NCBI GenBank assembly: GCA_025594325.1
Contig: JANHCV010000004.1
Span: 2,418,001-2,482,000 of the forward strand
DNA from: Blastocladiella emersonii ATCC 22665
Lineage: Eukaryota > Fungi > Blastocladiomycota
Direction: 5' to 3'
DNA: 64,000 nt
The position numbers and the translations under genes were made by a program. Shown in pieces: positions 43,055 through 55,673 of the stretch. Each line of letters begins with the position of its first letter. The stretch's first letter is position 1. The notes beneath the pieces are model-generated. The model worked only from the letters and a program-made list of their open reading frames with translations. It was not told the origin of the DNA and searched no databases.

Positions 43055-45202
43055 CTACTTGCGGCCCCACAGCCCGCCGAGCCAGCCCGTGATCCCCGAC
43101 GCAGACTCTTCTTCCTGCTTCGCCTGAGCTGGCGCCGCAGCCGACTTCTTGGCCGCCTGCGTCTTGGCCGGCTTGGCCTTGGGCGTCTCGCGCGCCTGCT
43201 GCTGCTGGTGCACCGGCGCCTCGTCGACGGCGTCGAGGTCGGGGAAGTCGATCTCGTTGTACGCGAGGTCAAAGAAGACGGGCTTGGCGGGCATGGGCAG
43301 CGGGCGCGGGCGCGCGGCCTGGAGGACCGTGCCCTCGGTCGCGGGGCGGACCGAGAAGAGCGCGTGCGACAGCGGGGTTGCAGCGTCCGGTCCAGCAGCG
43401 GCCGTATCGGCGTCAGCCTTGCCGCCCTTGGCCTTGCCCTTACCGGCCTCGGCGAGCAGCTGCTGGGCGGTCGTGTACGCGCCGGCACGCGCGGTGAGGT
43501 CGGCCTCGAGCTCGGCGAGCGCGGCGTCCGCGAGCGTCGGGACCGCGGGCTCGAACATGGCCTCGACCACGTCGTCGCCGGCGGATGCGAGCACGTCGGT
43601 GTTGGTGCGGTTCTCGGCGAGGTGCGCGATCCCGGCGCGCGCGGCCGCGCGGGACTCGGCCCACTGGTGCTCGGCGGCGTACGCGATGGCGATCTGGCGG
43701 CTGCGCATGGCGCGGAACCGGCGCACGGCCTGGTCGACGGCGGCCGAGCCGACCGGGTGCGTGGCAATCGGCGCGAGGTCCGCAATCTCGGTCAGGTTCT
43801 GCAGCACCGTCTCGAGCAGGCGGATGGTCTCCGTGTAGTGCTTGGTCGTGGCGGCGGACGACGACGAGGAGGTGCCGGTGGCGGTCTCGGCAGTCGCATC
43901 TTGGGCGCGGTCCGAGCGGTTGCGGCGGCGCACAGCAGCGCCGTCCTTGCCGGCGGCACCCTTGGCGCCCTTGGGCTGGCGCAGGGCGGCCGAGGCGACG
44001 GTGAAGGGGGCGCCGTTGGCGTGGGGCTCGTTGGCCTTGGCGTCGAGGAGGAGCAGGTTGCGCTGGGCCGTGTGGACGCGGCGGGCGTAGGCGAGGGCGG
44101 CAGCCACGTTCTGCAGGGTGGTGGCGGCGGTGGAGGCGGTCGAGGTGGAGACCTTGAGGGCGGCCTCGGCGTTGGCGGCCACGTCGCGCTGGGCGAGGCG
44201 CTCGGCCTGGATGAGGGCCGAGATGAGGGTCTGGTACGCGGCGAGCTTCTGGGCGCGGGCGTCGAGCTTGGCGATGCCGGCCTCGAGCTCGCGGGCCTGC
44301 AGGACGAGGCGGGCGATCGGCTGGCTGCGCACGGGGACGGGCTCGCCGAGGAAGGTGAGGCCGACCTGGCCGCCGCGCGTGGCGTCGGCCGCGGTGGCGG
44401 CTGTGGCGGCCTGGAGCATGGTGTCGAGCTCCTGCTGCAGGGCGTCGTCGGAGCCCGTGGCGGGCTGGGACTGGATGAGGCGGACGAGGGCGTCCACGTC
44501 CTGGCCGCGCTTGGCGAGGGTGTACATGCAGTAGCGGACCTGGGGCTCGACGGCGTCGATGGCGGCCTGGGCGAGGGCGGCGTGGGTGTGGTCGTCGGCG
44601 CACAGCTTGGCGAGGTTCTCGTAGAGCGACTTGGCGGAGACGAAGCTGTCGAGGGCGTCCTGCCACGCGTGCTTTTCGACTAGGTGGCGGCCGACCATGG
44701 TGCGGGCGTAGGCGCGGGCCTCGAGCACGTCGGTGACGTGGAAGGTGAGGTCCGGGTTGACGGCGTCGGCGTCGGCGGTCGCGTCGGCGGCGCGGCGGGC
44801 GAGCTCGGTGACGATCAGCTCGAGCTTCTCGGCCGAGGCAGCCGCGTTCTTGAGCTTCTTGAGGGCGTGGCGGCGCTTCTGGTTGGCCGAGACGCTGTCG
44901 ACGACCTTGGCCTGCTCGAGCAGGTCCGAGGCGTGGGCCCAGTACCGCTCGGTGGTGAAGGCGAGGGCGAGGACGTGGCGCGGGTCGGCGACGGTGGCGA
45001 GCTCAATGGGCTTCTTCTCGAAGACCTTGCCGGCCTGCTGGCACAGGCCCGAAGCGGCGCGCAGGCGCTGGATGCGGCGCGTGCAGAAGGAGCGGTACCG
45101 CTCGTAGTCGTCGTGGCGCAGGCCGTACGTCTGCCGCGCCTCGGCCAGCGTGGCCAGCAGGGCGAGCGACTGCGCACGCGCGGTCTCGGTGAGGGCGCCC
45201 AT
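43055..45202 (-). CDS. SRP68: Signal recognition particle subunit SRP68
   Basis: YGLRHDDYERYRSFCTRRIQRLR, ERYWAHA and C-terminal PMPAKPVFFDLAYN.I.FP. Confidence 0.96.
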   Translation of the reverse strand: MGALTETARAQSLALLATLAEARQTYGLRHDDYERYRSFCTRRIQRLRAASGLCQQAGKVFEKKPIELATVADPRHVLALAFTTERYWAHASDLLEQAKVVDSVSANQKRRHALKKLKNAAASAEKLELIVTELARRAADATADADAVNPDLTFHVTDVLEARAYARTMVGRHLVEKHAWQDALDSFVSAKSLYENLAKLCADDHTHAALAQAAIDAVEPQVRYCMYTLAKRGQDVDALVRLIQSQPATGSDDALQQELDTMLQAATAATAADATRGGQVGLTFLGEPVPVRSQPIARLVLQARELEAGIAKLDARAQKLAAYQTLISALIQAERLAQRDVAANAEAALKVSTSTASTAATTLQNVAAALAYARRVHTAQRNLLLLDAKANEPHANGAPFTVASAALRQPKGAKGAAGKDGAAVRRRNRSDRAQDATAETATGTSSSSSAATTKHYTETIRLLETVLQNLTEIADLAPIATHPVGSAAVDQAVRRFRAMRSRQIAIAYAAEHQWAESRAAARAGIAHLAENRTNTDVLASAGDDVVEAMFEPAVPTLADAALAELEADLTARAGAYTTAQQLLAEAGKGKAKGGKADADTAAAGPDAATPLSHALFSVRPATEGTVLQAARPRPLPMPAKPVFFDLAYNEIDFPDLDAVDEAPVHQQQQARETPKAKPAKTQAAKKSAAAPAQAKQEEESASGITGWLGGLWGRK

Positions 45203-45513
45203 GGTGACTTGATGCGTAGCTTTGCGAGCGGTTGATCCGATCTGCTGTTGGGATGAGCGGCAGGGGAGAAGAGGGCGTCGCCGGCACCGGAGCGCGACCA
45301 GGAGCGCGACCGCGACCTCGGCAGTGTGGCGTCGTTCACCCGCGGCGCCCGCCTGCCACGCCCGTCGGGCCGCCGATGCCGTCAGCTGATGCCGAGGCTC
45401 AGACTTTTTTCTCGTCGCCGAGCGCGTCGCTGCCGTGAGCCTTCACGCGCTTCCCCTCCACTTCCATCGCTGCTCCCCTCTGCCAACGCAAACCACGTAG
45501 CACGCACCAACCC

Positions 45514-47820
45514 ATGACATCAAACCCGCCGCCAAACTACGGCGCCGCGTCCAGCTCGGGATCTGGCGCGCCGCTGCTGCCGACCTCGGCGGCTCCTTTG
45601 TCGTCGCCGTCGGCGGGCCCTGAGAAGAAGCCCGCGGCGGCCATCGGCTCGGCCGTGCGCTTCCGCATCATTACGCCGCCCACGCCCGCCGGCCGCTCGC
45701 CCGCCACGTCGCCCGTCCTGCCGCCCGTGCGCGGCGGGCCCTCGGGGTCCTACTCGGCGCCCGTGTCGCCGCTCGCCCCGACGGCCGCGTCGCGCGACTT
45801 CCCCTTCGCGCCCTCGATCGGCCCGCGCGTCCCGCTGCGCACCACCTCGTCCAAGCTCGCCCACCCCACCCCCAAGACCGTGCTGCTGCCCGACGGCGAG
45901 TCGAGCGCGCCACCATCTGCGCCAACCGTCGCTGCGCCCATCCCGGTCCACGCGACGCCGCCGACGCTGCAGCGCCTGCCCTCCACCTCCACCAACAACA
46001 GCCTGCTGCTGCACGAGTCCACTCCGCTGCCGCCGCCCGCCATCGCCACGGCCCACCTCGAGCGCGCCGCCTCGCCCACCACGGGCGATGCCGCCAACGT
46101 CGCGCTCCCGGCCTCGCTCGGCTCCAGCCCGACCTCGTCGATGCTGCCGCCGCCGAGCCCGACCGCTGTGCGCCCCGACGACGCGAGCGACATGACCGCG
46201 CGTCGCGCGCTCGACGCCCTCCTCGTGCAAGAGATTGCCCAGGACGTGCAGCACCCGGCCGACGTGGTCGTGGGCCCCACCCTCGGCTTCAGCACCACGC
46301 CGCCCGAGCACGACCACGACTACGTCGGCGGCCCGCTCCCGCACGCCCTGCCCGTGCACCCGAGCGAGATCCACGCCCACCTCGTGCACGCCACGCCCGA
46401 GGGCATGCTCGACGACTCGGCCCCCGTCACCGTGCCCGTGTCGCCCGTCCCCTCGCCGCGCCCGCCCTCGCAGCAGCACATTGAGCACATCCAGGAGATT
46501 TCGTCGAGCGCCGGCGCACGCACCATGGCCGAGCACATTGCTAAGGAGGACCGCACCTGGCTCCCGCGCTGCACCGCCTACGTCACCTCGCCGTCGTTCC
46601 GGTTCGCCGACCTCATCACCTTCCTCGTCGTCCGACACAAGGTCCAGGTCCGCGCCTACGACGAGTGCCTCTACGCCACCTACCCGCAGTTCTGCCACCA
46701 GCCGCTCTACGCCACGCCCGCCCCCGCGCCCGAGGCCAGCAATCTACCCGGTGCCGGCGACCCGTACGGCGGCGGCGGCCTTCCCGGCCAGTTCAACCCC
46801 ATGCAGTCGCAGCAGCAGCAGCCGTCGGCCAACGCGTCCATGGCGGACCTGCGCCGCACCAAGTCGCTGTCGCAGTCGCACCTCCTCGACGGCAGCGCGC
46901 CGTCCGTCGCACCGCTCCCGCGGCCCGTGTTCCCCGGCAGCAGCATCGAGCACGGCTTCGACATGACGGGCGCGTCCGCGTCGGGTGTCGCCGCCGCCTC
47001 GGCCGCCGCCGCTGCCGCCGCGGCCAACCCGTCGCGCGCGGCGGTCGCGCACCCGATTCTGCCGGCGGCAGAGTGCTGCATATTTAACTACGGCGTCGTT
47101 GTGTGCTGGGGCATGACGGAAAAGGAGGAGCAGTGGCTGCTGCGCGAGATCCGGCAGTTTGGCGAGGTGGACGGCGGCGGGTCGTCAAGCACCGGCGGCA
47201 GCGACGGCGGCGGCGGTACCAGCCTGTTCGAGGACGACTTTGACGACGAAAATCTTCTTGAAAGCCTTCATTACCAGTACGATCCAAGTGCGACGGGGCG
47301 GCCGCGCATCTACAACGACATCATCACGCTGCGCGACGGGCACCACATGACCAAGGTGACCATCTCGCACGGGATCGCGCAGTCGTGCAAGCTGCTGCTG
47401 TTCGAGATCCGCATGGAGGCGGCGCTCGAGAACACGCGGCACATTCCCAAGTCGCTGGCGCAGACGGGCAACGTGCAGCTGTCGCCGCGCGAGATCACGA
47501 CGCTGACGGGGCAGCTGTACCGGCTGCGCATGGACCTCAACCTCGTGTCCAACGTGCTCGACGTGCCCGACATGTTCTGGACCATGCCCGGGTGGCAGCC
47601 GCTGTACCGCGCCGTGCAAAAGTACCTCGAGATCGAGCAGCGGTCCAAGACGCTCAACCTGCGCGCCTCGGTGCTGTCGGACCTGCTCGACATGCTCAGC
47701 TCGCACGTCACGTCCACGCAGATGGACTGGATGACGTACGTGGTCATCATCCTCATCGCCATCGACGTGCTGGTCCTGTCGGGCGAGATTGTCATGAAGG
47801 CCATCAAGATCGGCGGTTGA
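45514..47820 (+). CDS. RMD1/Sif2 (DUF155/RMND1-family) protein
   Basis: RCTAY, CIFNYGVVVCWG, RIYNDIITL, ISHGIAQS.KL..FE, NLVSNVLD.PD.FW, YLEI.QR...LN.R and a C-terminal TM segment. Confidence 0.93.
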   Translation: MTSNPPPNYGAASSSGSGAPLLPTSAAPLSSPSAGPEKKPAAAIGSAVRFRIITPPTPAGRSPATSPVLPPVRGGPSGSYSAPVSPLAPTAASRDFPFAPSIGPRVPLRTTSSKLAHPTPKTVLLPDGESSAPPSAPTVAAPIPVHATPPTLQRLPSTSTNNSLLLHESTPLPPPAIATAHLERAASPTTGDAANVALPASLGSSPTSSMLPPPSPTAVRPDDASDMTARRALDALLVQEIAQDVQHPADVVVGPTLGFSTTPPEHDHDYVGGPLPHALPVHPSEIHAHLVHATPEGMLDDSAPVTVPVSPVPSPRPPSQQHIEHIQEISSSAGARTMAEHIAKEDRTWLPRCTAYVTSPSFRFADLITFLVVRHKVQVRAYDECLYATYPQFCHQPLYATPAPAPEASNLPGAGDPYGGGGLPGQFNPMQSQQQQPSANASMADLRRTKSLSQSHLLDGSAPSVAPLPRPVFPGSSIEHGFDMTGASASGVAAASAAAAAAAANPSRAAVAHPILPAAECCIFNYGVVVCWGMTEKEEQWLLREIRQFGEVDGGGSSSTGGSDGGGGTSLFEDDFDDENLLESLHYQYDPSATGRPRIYNDIITLRDGHHMTKVTISHGIAQSCKLLLFEIRMEAALENTRHIPKSLAQTGNVQLSPREITTLTGQLYRLRMDLNLVSNVLDVPDMFWTMPGWQPLYRAVQKYLEIEQRSKTLNLRASVLSDLLDMLSSHVTSTQMDWMTYVVIILIAIDVLVLSGEIVMKAIKIGG

Positions 47821-47957
47821 GTGCGCGCAAGGCGAGCACGGCGGGCTGGTCTATCATTCGTATATAGCACTCAATTACTCTTCTTTCCCCTCCTCGAACG
47901 CGCGCGAGTACAGCTGGTCTATCAATCGTGTATGGCTCTCAATTACTCCTCGCGAAG

Positions 47958-48242
47958 CTAGTACAGCTGGGCGAAGAGCGTCCACAGCAGCACGAACCAG
48001 GCCATGGACGGGAGCGCGGCCTCCATGACGATGGGCAGCTTGCCGCCAATGGCCTCCTCGTCGAGGCCGACGCGCTTGGCGACCGTGAGCCCCGCGACGT
48101 TGGCGGTCAGCAGGAAACCCATGATCCCGTTGGCGCCCTCGACGTGGTTGAGCCCGCACATGACGGCCGACGCGGTCGCGATGACCATCTTGATGGTGCC
48201 GATCTCGGACGGCAGCTCGGTCGACGAGAAGATGGAGGTCAT
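47958..48242 (-). CDS. Rab5ip-family small membrane protein (EMC6 or RAB5IF/OPTI-like), 94 aa
   Basis: Three hydrophobic segments, with G.NGIMGF and SMAWFVLLWTLF..LY at the C-terminus. Confidence 0.6.
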   Translation of the reverse strand: MTSIFSSTELPSEIGTIKMVIATASAVMCGLNHVEGANGIMGFLLTANVAGLTVAKRVGLDEEAIGGKLPIVMEAALPSMAWFVLLWTLFAQLY

Positions 48243-49242
48243 GGTGACGGGTTGAAGGCTACGAGAATCACGCCGTGGGGATGAGTCGTGTCCAGGGCGG
48301 CAGCGAGCGCGGGATTCGCACTCATACCGGAGCGGCCGAGTCGTTGCAGCGAGTGCGGAGGCGCGGAATTCGGTGGGGTGCGTCGAGTCAGGGAGTGCGG
48401 GGTTTAGGAGCGCGGGGGTGGGCGCGGCGCGCGACGTGGCGCCCTGAGAACGGCGCGAGATCGCGTGAGCGGGGCCGCCAACCGCGCGGTCCCTTCCCCC
48501 CGCACCCGCGCGACTTCCCAGGCCGGGATCTCGGCCGACACCTGGGGCCTCGAGCTCTGTGGTTTCTCACGGCACTTTGCGCGTGCTCACCGCGGCTGTC
48601 TGGTGAGCGGTTCCTCGGCGGGTGGGCGGTCCAAGGTCGGTGGCCGTGGCCAAGACGCACTTCGCTGCCCGCCTGCTGCCCACGACGACGGCCACGGCCG
48701 ATGGACGACGAGTTCCTTCATCGATGAGAACGTTGCGCAGCATCTCTCAGCCGCCTATTCTTACGGGACCCAGGCATTGCAATGGGGCGAGCAATCGCGG
48801 GGCAATCGGCCGCGGTGCCGGGTTGAGCGACGCGCGCGATCCCTGCCACTCAGATCCGCGCGCGCGGAAAAACCGACCGGCCGGCTTGAGGGGAGCTGGC
48901 CCCACTTTTCCCACAGGCTTGACGGGTCGCTCATCTCGGCCGGCGCTCATTCCGCAGCCACGCAGCTTTCCTCGCGACCGCGACGCGCTGGCCCCAGCGC
49001 CGCATTCTTGCCGTTCGTCGCGCGTCCCTCTCACGCACGCGCGGCCATGGCCCCGGCCCCGGGCATCGAGGAAGGGGGACGTTCTCGGCCCCGATAAATA
49101 CCCTCGCGCCCCCGCCCGGCCCTGGACCAGCTCTGTATACACACGGCCACGGCCTCCACCACCACGACCAAGACCCCCCATACATTCTAGACGTCGGCCA
49201 CCACCGCCACCGCCACCACCACCAACAAGAAGACCAACCAAG

Positions 49243-50331
49243 ATGGCCGCCTCGCTCCTCAACCTCCTCGTCCTCGCCCTGTGCGTGCTCTCGGCCACGG
49301 CCGCCCCGGCCACCACCACGCCCGCGGCCAGCGCCTCGGCCCTCACGGGCGCCGGCAAGCTGCTCTCGCCGGGCCTCACCAAGTTCGACTACGCCATGTT
49401 CCAGAACGACATGACGCCCGAGCAGTCGCGCGCGCTCGCGTCCATCATGTCGCAGGAGGCCGACGACGACCTCAAGACCACCAAGCTCATGAACGCGCTG
49501 GCGTTCGCGCCGTCGCGCCCGACGCTCGCCTCGGCCGGTGTCGAGGAGATCAAGGACCTGGCCCTGTTCGCGTCGATCCCGTACTGCGGCTCGCCCGCCA
49601 CGCTGTCGACGCTGTCGTGCGGCAAGAAGTGCCTCGACTGGCGCGCCCGCAACACGCGCGTCGTGGCCACGCTCGCGGGCGACGCGACGCTCGGGTTCGT
49701 GGCCGTGCGCGCCGAGGCCAAGCAAGTTGTGGTCTCGTTCCGCGGGTCCAACAACATCCAGAACTGGCTCGACAATCTCGAACTCTACCGCATCCCGTAC
49801 CCGTTCCCCAAGCCCGCCTCGGCCAGCGACGTGTGGGTGCACAAGGGCTTCGTCGACGCGTACAACGCCGTGCGCGCGCAGATGCTCGCCTCGGTCAAGT
49901 CGGCGGCCGCCGCCAACCCCGACTTCGAGGTCGTTTTCACGGGCCACTCGCTAGGCGGCGCGCTCGCGACCATGGCCGCGACGGACGCCGTCAACACGGG
50001 CACGGTGCCGGCGAGCCGCGTGCAGCTGACGTCGTTTGCGTCGCCGCGCGTCGGCAACGGCGGGTACTCGGCCATGGTCGGCAGCACGGGGTTCGCGGCC
50101 ATGCACCGCGTCACCGAGGGCAACGACATTGTGCCGCACGTGCCGCCGCAGTTCATGGGCTACACGCACACGGTCGGCGAGCACTACGTGCTCAACGGGC
50201 GCATCTACCAGTGCAGCGGCCAGGAGGACGGCGGGTGCTCCAACTCGCGCGTCCCGTTCCTCTCGGTCCTCGCCCACGCCCGCTTCTTTGGCCAGGACAA
50301 CTTCTTTGGCCCGCTCGCGTGCATCTTCTAG
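49243..50331 (+). CDS. Secreted class-3 lipase (paralog 1), intronless, 362 aa
   Basis: Signal peptide MAASLLNLLVLALCVLSATA, VVSFRGS, VHKGF, TGHSLGGALA, NDIVPHVPP and C-terminal catalytic His. Confidence 0.96.
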   Translation: MAASLLNLLVLALCVLSATAAPATTTPAASASALTGAGKLLSPGLTKFDYAMFQNDMTPEQSRALASIMSQEADDDLKTTKLMNALAFAPSRPTLASAGVEEIKDLALFASIPYCGSPATLSTLSCGKKCLDWRARNTRVVATLAGDATLGFVAVRAEAKQVVVSFRGSNNIQNWLDNLELYRIPYPFPKPASASDVWVHKGFVDAYNAVRAQMLASVKSAAAANPDFEVVFTGHSLGGALATMAATDAVNTGTVPASRVQLTSFASPRVGNGGYSAMVGSTGFAAMHRVTEGNDIVPHVPPQFMGYTHTVGEHYVLNGRIYQCSGQEDGGCSNSRVPFLSVLAHARFFGQDNFFGPLACIF

Positions 50332-51362
50332 ACGCCCGCTCGGAGTTGATGCTCGTGTCGAGCATCGCGGTTTTGTATCCCCCCCTCTCTGTACACGGAC
50401 TACAGGCTAGACGTGCAATACTTTTTTGCCCCTCCATCAATCCTTTGCAGCTGCTTGAGAGCGGGAGGGGTGGGGAACCGACCCACCAGACGCGTCGAAC
50501 CGACCGGCTGAACTGCCGCGTCGAGCAAAATTGTTCGCGCTCACACGCAGATTGGGGATCGGCGGCCCCAGCGGCGGCTGTTCTCACCCACCTGAAACGC
50601 GTCGCGTTCTGCGCTCGCTCGGGGTTTGTCCGACCGCCCGTTCCCTCGCATGACCCCGTCCCCGCGAGCGAAATGAACTTGCCGAGCCCGGCCGCAGACG
50701 TTCGGGTCGGCTCGGCAACGCGCACGGCGATCCGGCCGCGCTGCGTCAGCTCGCGGTTCCGCGCGACCGATGGTGCCGCCTCCGCCACGCGTGGGAATCG
50801 AGGACCCGGGGAACCACTCGCCCCGTTCGTCCTTATGCGCTGGAGCTGCGCAGCAAGGCGCCGCCGCGCGCGACTCACACGCGCAGATCCACGCGAGGCC
50901 GCGGGTTCCCAGCGAACCCGGGTCCTCGGCGCCGACACGCGACCATGGTTCGTGGGAAGCGCGCCGCAGCAACGTGAGCGGCGAGGGGACCCAGAATACG
51001 CGTGGAGCGCGGGGCCCAATGCTCGGTTTTGGAAGCTGAGACACGCCGCGAGTCACAGCGAGGCCCCACCGCCGCCTGATCCAGGCCGGGATTGCTGCGT
51101 TTCATGGCTGCGGAGGTCGCATGCGCGCCGCTCCCCAACACGGTCGGAGGTCGACGAGCGCGGGGCTCCGCTGGGTTCTCCGCAGCGAGCGAGCGATGGC
51201 CATCCATCGCGCTGGGTTGGTTGTTTGCTATTCGTGAGGATCGGGGCCGGCGCTCAAGGAGTATAAAGAGCCCGCGTCCCCTCGACCCTCACGATCCCCT
51301 TCAAGAGTCGTTAGCCGGTCTAGACACGCACATACAACGCATCAAGCACCACCACCACCACC

Positions 51363-52512
51363 ATGGCCAATCTCTCTGCCCTCCTCGTCGTCCTGGCGGC
51401 GGCCATCCTGTCGGCCTCGGCGGCCCCGACCACGGCGCCCGTCAACGACCAGCAGCTGCGCGACGCGGGCAAGATCCTCTCGCCGGGCCTCACCAAGTTC
51501 GACTACTCCATGTTCAAGAACGACATGACGCCCGCGCAGGCCCGCGCCCTCGCCTCCATCATGTCGCGCGAGGCGCCGGACGACAAGAAGCGCGAGTGGC
51601 TCATGGGCGCGCTCGCCTCGACGCCGTCCCGCCCGACCGTCTCGGGCGCCCAGCTCGAGTCGTTCAAGGACCTTGCCCAGTTCGCCGCCGTCGCCTACTG
51701 CGCCAACTCGAACACGGTCTCGTCGTGGTCGTGCGGCAAGACGTGCTCCAAGTACGCGCTTCCTCACTGAAACGGGCGTTTGGAGTCGCAGTTGTCTGAC
51801 CTCGTGTCACCATCGTAGCTCGCGCGTTTCCGGCGTGACCCCCGTCGCCGCGCTGCAGGCCGCCGACACGTTCGGCTACGTCGCCGTGCGCCCCAAGGCC
51901 AAGCAGATCATCATCTCGTTCCGCGGCTCCGTCAACTCGGCCAACTGGATCGATAACCTGCAAGTGTCCAAGGTCGACTACCCGTGGCCGCGCCCCGCCG
52001 GCGTCAACACGGTCGGCGTCTCGGTCCACAAGGGCTTCACCGACGTGTACAAGGTCGTGCGCGACAAGCTCCTGTCGACGCTCAAGTCGACGGCCGCCGC
52101 CAACCCCGACTTCGAGGTCGTTTTCACGGGCCACTCGCTAGGCGGCGCCGTCGCGACGCTCGCGGCCACGGACGCCGTCGGCACGGGCACCGTCCCGGCG
52201 CGCCGCATCCGCATCATCAACTTTGGCGCGCCGCGCGTCGGCAACAAGGAGTTCGGCACCATGCTCGGCAACCTCGGGTTCGCGGGCATCGACCGCCTGG
52301 TGAACGAGAACGACATTGTCCCGCACATCCCGCCCCAGTTCTCGGGGTACTGGCACTCGGCCGGCGAAAAGTACATCTACAACGGCCAGGTGTACGTGTG
52401 CAACGGGCTCGAGGACGACGCGTGCTCCAACTCGCGCGTGCCCTTCGTCTCGTCGGGCGCCCACGGCGGGTTCCTTGGCCAGGAGAAGGTGTTCGGGACG
52501 GGCGCGTGCTAA
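51363..52512 (+). CDS. Secreted class-3 lipase (paralog 2); intron 51752-51819
   Basis: Signal peptide, IISFRGS, VHKGF, TGHSLGGAVA, NDIVPHIPP and GAHGGF. TATAAA at 51262. Confidence 0.96.
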
Positions 52513-52683
52513 GATGTGGTGCGCGGCGCAGAGTGTTAGACCGATGTACACATCATATAAATATACGACACGAACGCCCGCGGGCGGGTTTTGCTTCCAC
52601 CTTCTCTGTCTCTCGCGTCGCTCACTTCCCGTGATCGAGACGCGTCTCGATGAGCAGGCGCTCTCTTCGCCCTACCACTCTCC

Positions 52684-53487
52684 ATGTTAGCTTCACGGAC
52701 CAAGAGCGCGACTTCCCGCACCGACCCGCCTGCGACCATGACTTCGCGGCGGCGTGCGTCAGAGTCGACTGCTTCCGGTCGGCCGTCCTCGTCCTCGTCC
52801 TCGTCCGAGACACCGAAGCTGCCGGCGCTCGACCGCGCGTCGTCCGTCGTGTCGTCCAAACCCGTGCCCTCCAGCGACGTTAAACCTGCACGCTCGGTCA
52901 ACGCGCCGCGTCCGGCGCCACCCGCGCGGAACGGCGGCAATCCGTCGCGCGCGTCCCCTTCCGAGCGGCGCAACGGGAGCGCCACGTCCGGCCATCGCGG
53001 GCCGCCGCCGACCTCACAGCGGTCCAGCGGTGCTGCGCGGTCCCCGCCCCCGCCAGCTCCGCCCGCGCAGCCCCGGCAAGCGCAAGTCGGACCAGGCGAT
53101 CTCAGCGAGGAGGACCAGCAGCGACTGCTCATACTGATGCTGCGGCGGGCGTACCCCGAGGCGTTGGTTAGGTGCTCTGAGCGTACGTCTACAAGCGTCC
53201 TGGGTGCGCACCGAGTACTGACGCAAGCCGGACGACCGTGTGTAGTGCTTGCGCGACACCCGGGCAACACGTTTCTGCTCGACTCGAAGGCGACGCTGCA
53301 GCAGTGGGTCGACCAGCAGCAGCAGGAGGACTCGGACGGCGAGAGCGAGGAGGATGGATGTGACGACGACGGTGAGTCGGACGAGAGCGAAGAGGACAGC
53401 AACAGCGACGAGGACGGCGCCGCCGTGCCGCCGCCGCCCGCGCAGTCTAGCACAAGCGCGAGCCGACGAGCTGGGCCGGGCACGTAG
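52684..53487 (+). CDS. Hypothetical S/R/P-rich protein with an acidic C-terminal tract
   Basis: Open 267-aa frame with helical patches (EEDQQRLLILMLRRAYPE, KATLQQWVDQ) and a D/E tract. An internal intron-like segment could not be phased. Confidence 0.4.
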   Translation: MLASRTKSATSRTDPPATMTSRRRASESTASGRPSSSSSSSETPKLPALDRASSVVSSKPVPSSDVKPARSVNAPRPAPPARNGGNPSRASPSERRNGSATSGHRGPPPTSQRSSGAARSPPPPAPPAQPRQAQVGPGDLSEEDQQRLLILMLRRAYPEALVRCSERTSTSVLGAHRVLTQAGRPCVVLARHPGNTFLLDSKATLQQWVDQQQQEDSDGESEEDGCDDDGESDESEEDSNSDEDGAAVPPPPAQSSTSASRRAGPGT

Positions 53488-53575
53488 GTTGGCATGGATG
53501 GGTGGAAAGGGTATACTTTGCGTTTATCATCATCAAGTCTGGTGTAGTCTGCTGAGTGTTGAGGGTCGGCGACGA

Positions 53576-55067
<1,492 letters not shown>

Positions 55068-55487
55068 GGTTGGCGTCTGGCTAGCGGTGCGGGCTTGGCG
55101 CAGAGGGGAGCGGGGCGAGAGCGACTCTTGAGGTCGCGGCGCGCTTCCACCGCCATGCCGCGGAAGATTCCGGGTCGGTCACATTGCTGTTACTTGGCGT
55201 CGCGTTGCGTGTTCCATGGCCGCGCGTGGCGTGTCGCGCGAGACAGCCAGCCGCGCGCACGGCGGGAGACACATCACGGGACGGAAACCGGCTGGTTTTG
55301 GTCAGGCGAGGCAACTGCCACGGCGATCACCAGCCGATAAACTTCGGTTTGCGCCTCACGGTCGGCCGCCGCACGCACGCACGGCAGCCACGGCCGACCC
55401 GAAGCGGCCGGCTCGGCCACCATGGCGCTCGCTCGCCCGCAACGCAACGTATCAAGCTTGTCGCCGACCGCCACTCCCCGCAACACC

Positions 55488-55673
55488 ATGTCGCAGATCG
55501 CCCCCATCACTGGCATGCTCCGCCGCAAGTTCTTCGTCGACCTGACGATCGCCCTCGGCTCGGGCACCGCCGCCGGCTACTGGTGGTGGAACAACCACAC
55601 GGCTGGCGTCCAGGCCCGCGAGGCCAAGCTCCGCGAGATCCGCATCGCCTCGGGCCTGCCCGTGTCCCAGTAA
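55488..55673 (+). CDS. COX9: Cytochrome c oxidase subunit Cox9 (fungal subunit VIIa), 61 aa
   Basis: MSQIAPITGMLRRKFFVDLTIALGSGTAAGYWWW..H matches the yeast Cox9 pattern IAPITG..KR....D......G.....YWWW..H. Confidence 0.92.
   Translation: MSQIAPITGMLRRKFFVDLTIALGSGTAAGYWWWNNHTAGVQAREAKLREIRIASGLPVSQ

Noticed and set aside
48622-49242. Long in-frame 5' extension of lipase 1 (569-aa ORF)
   Set aside because: The signal peptide starts at ATG 49243, and the TATA-like element lies within the extension.
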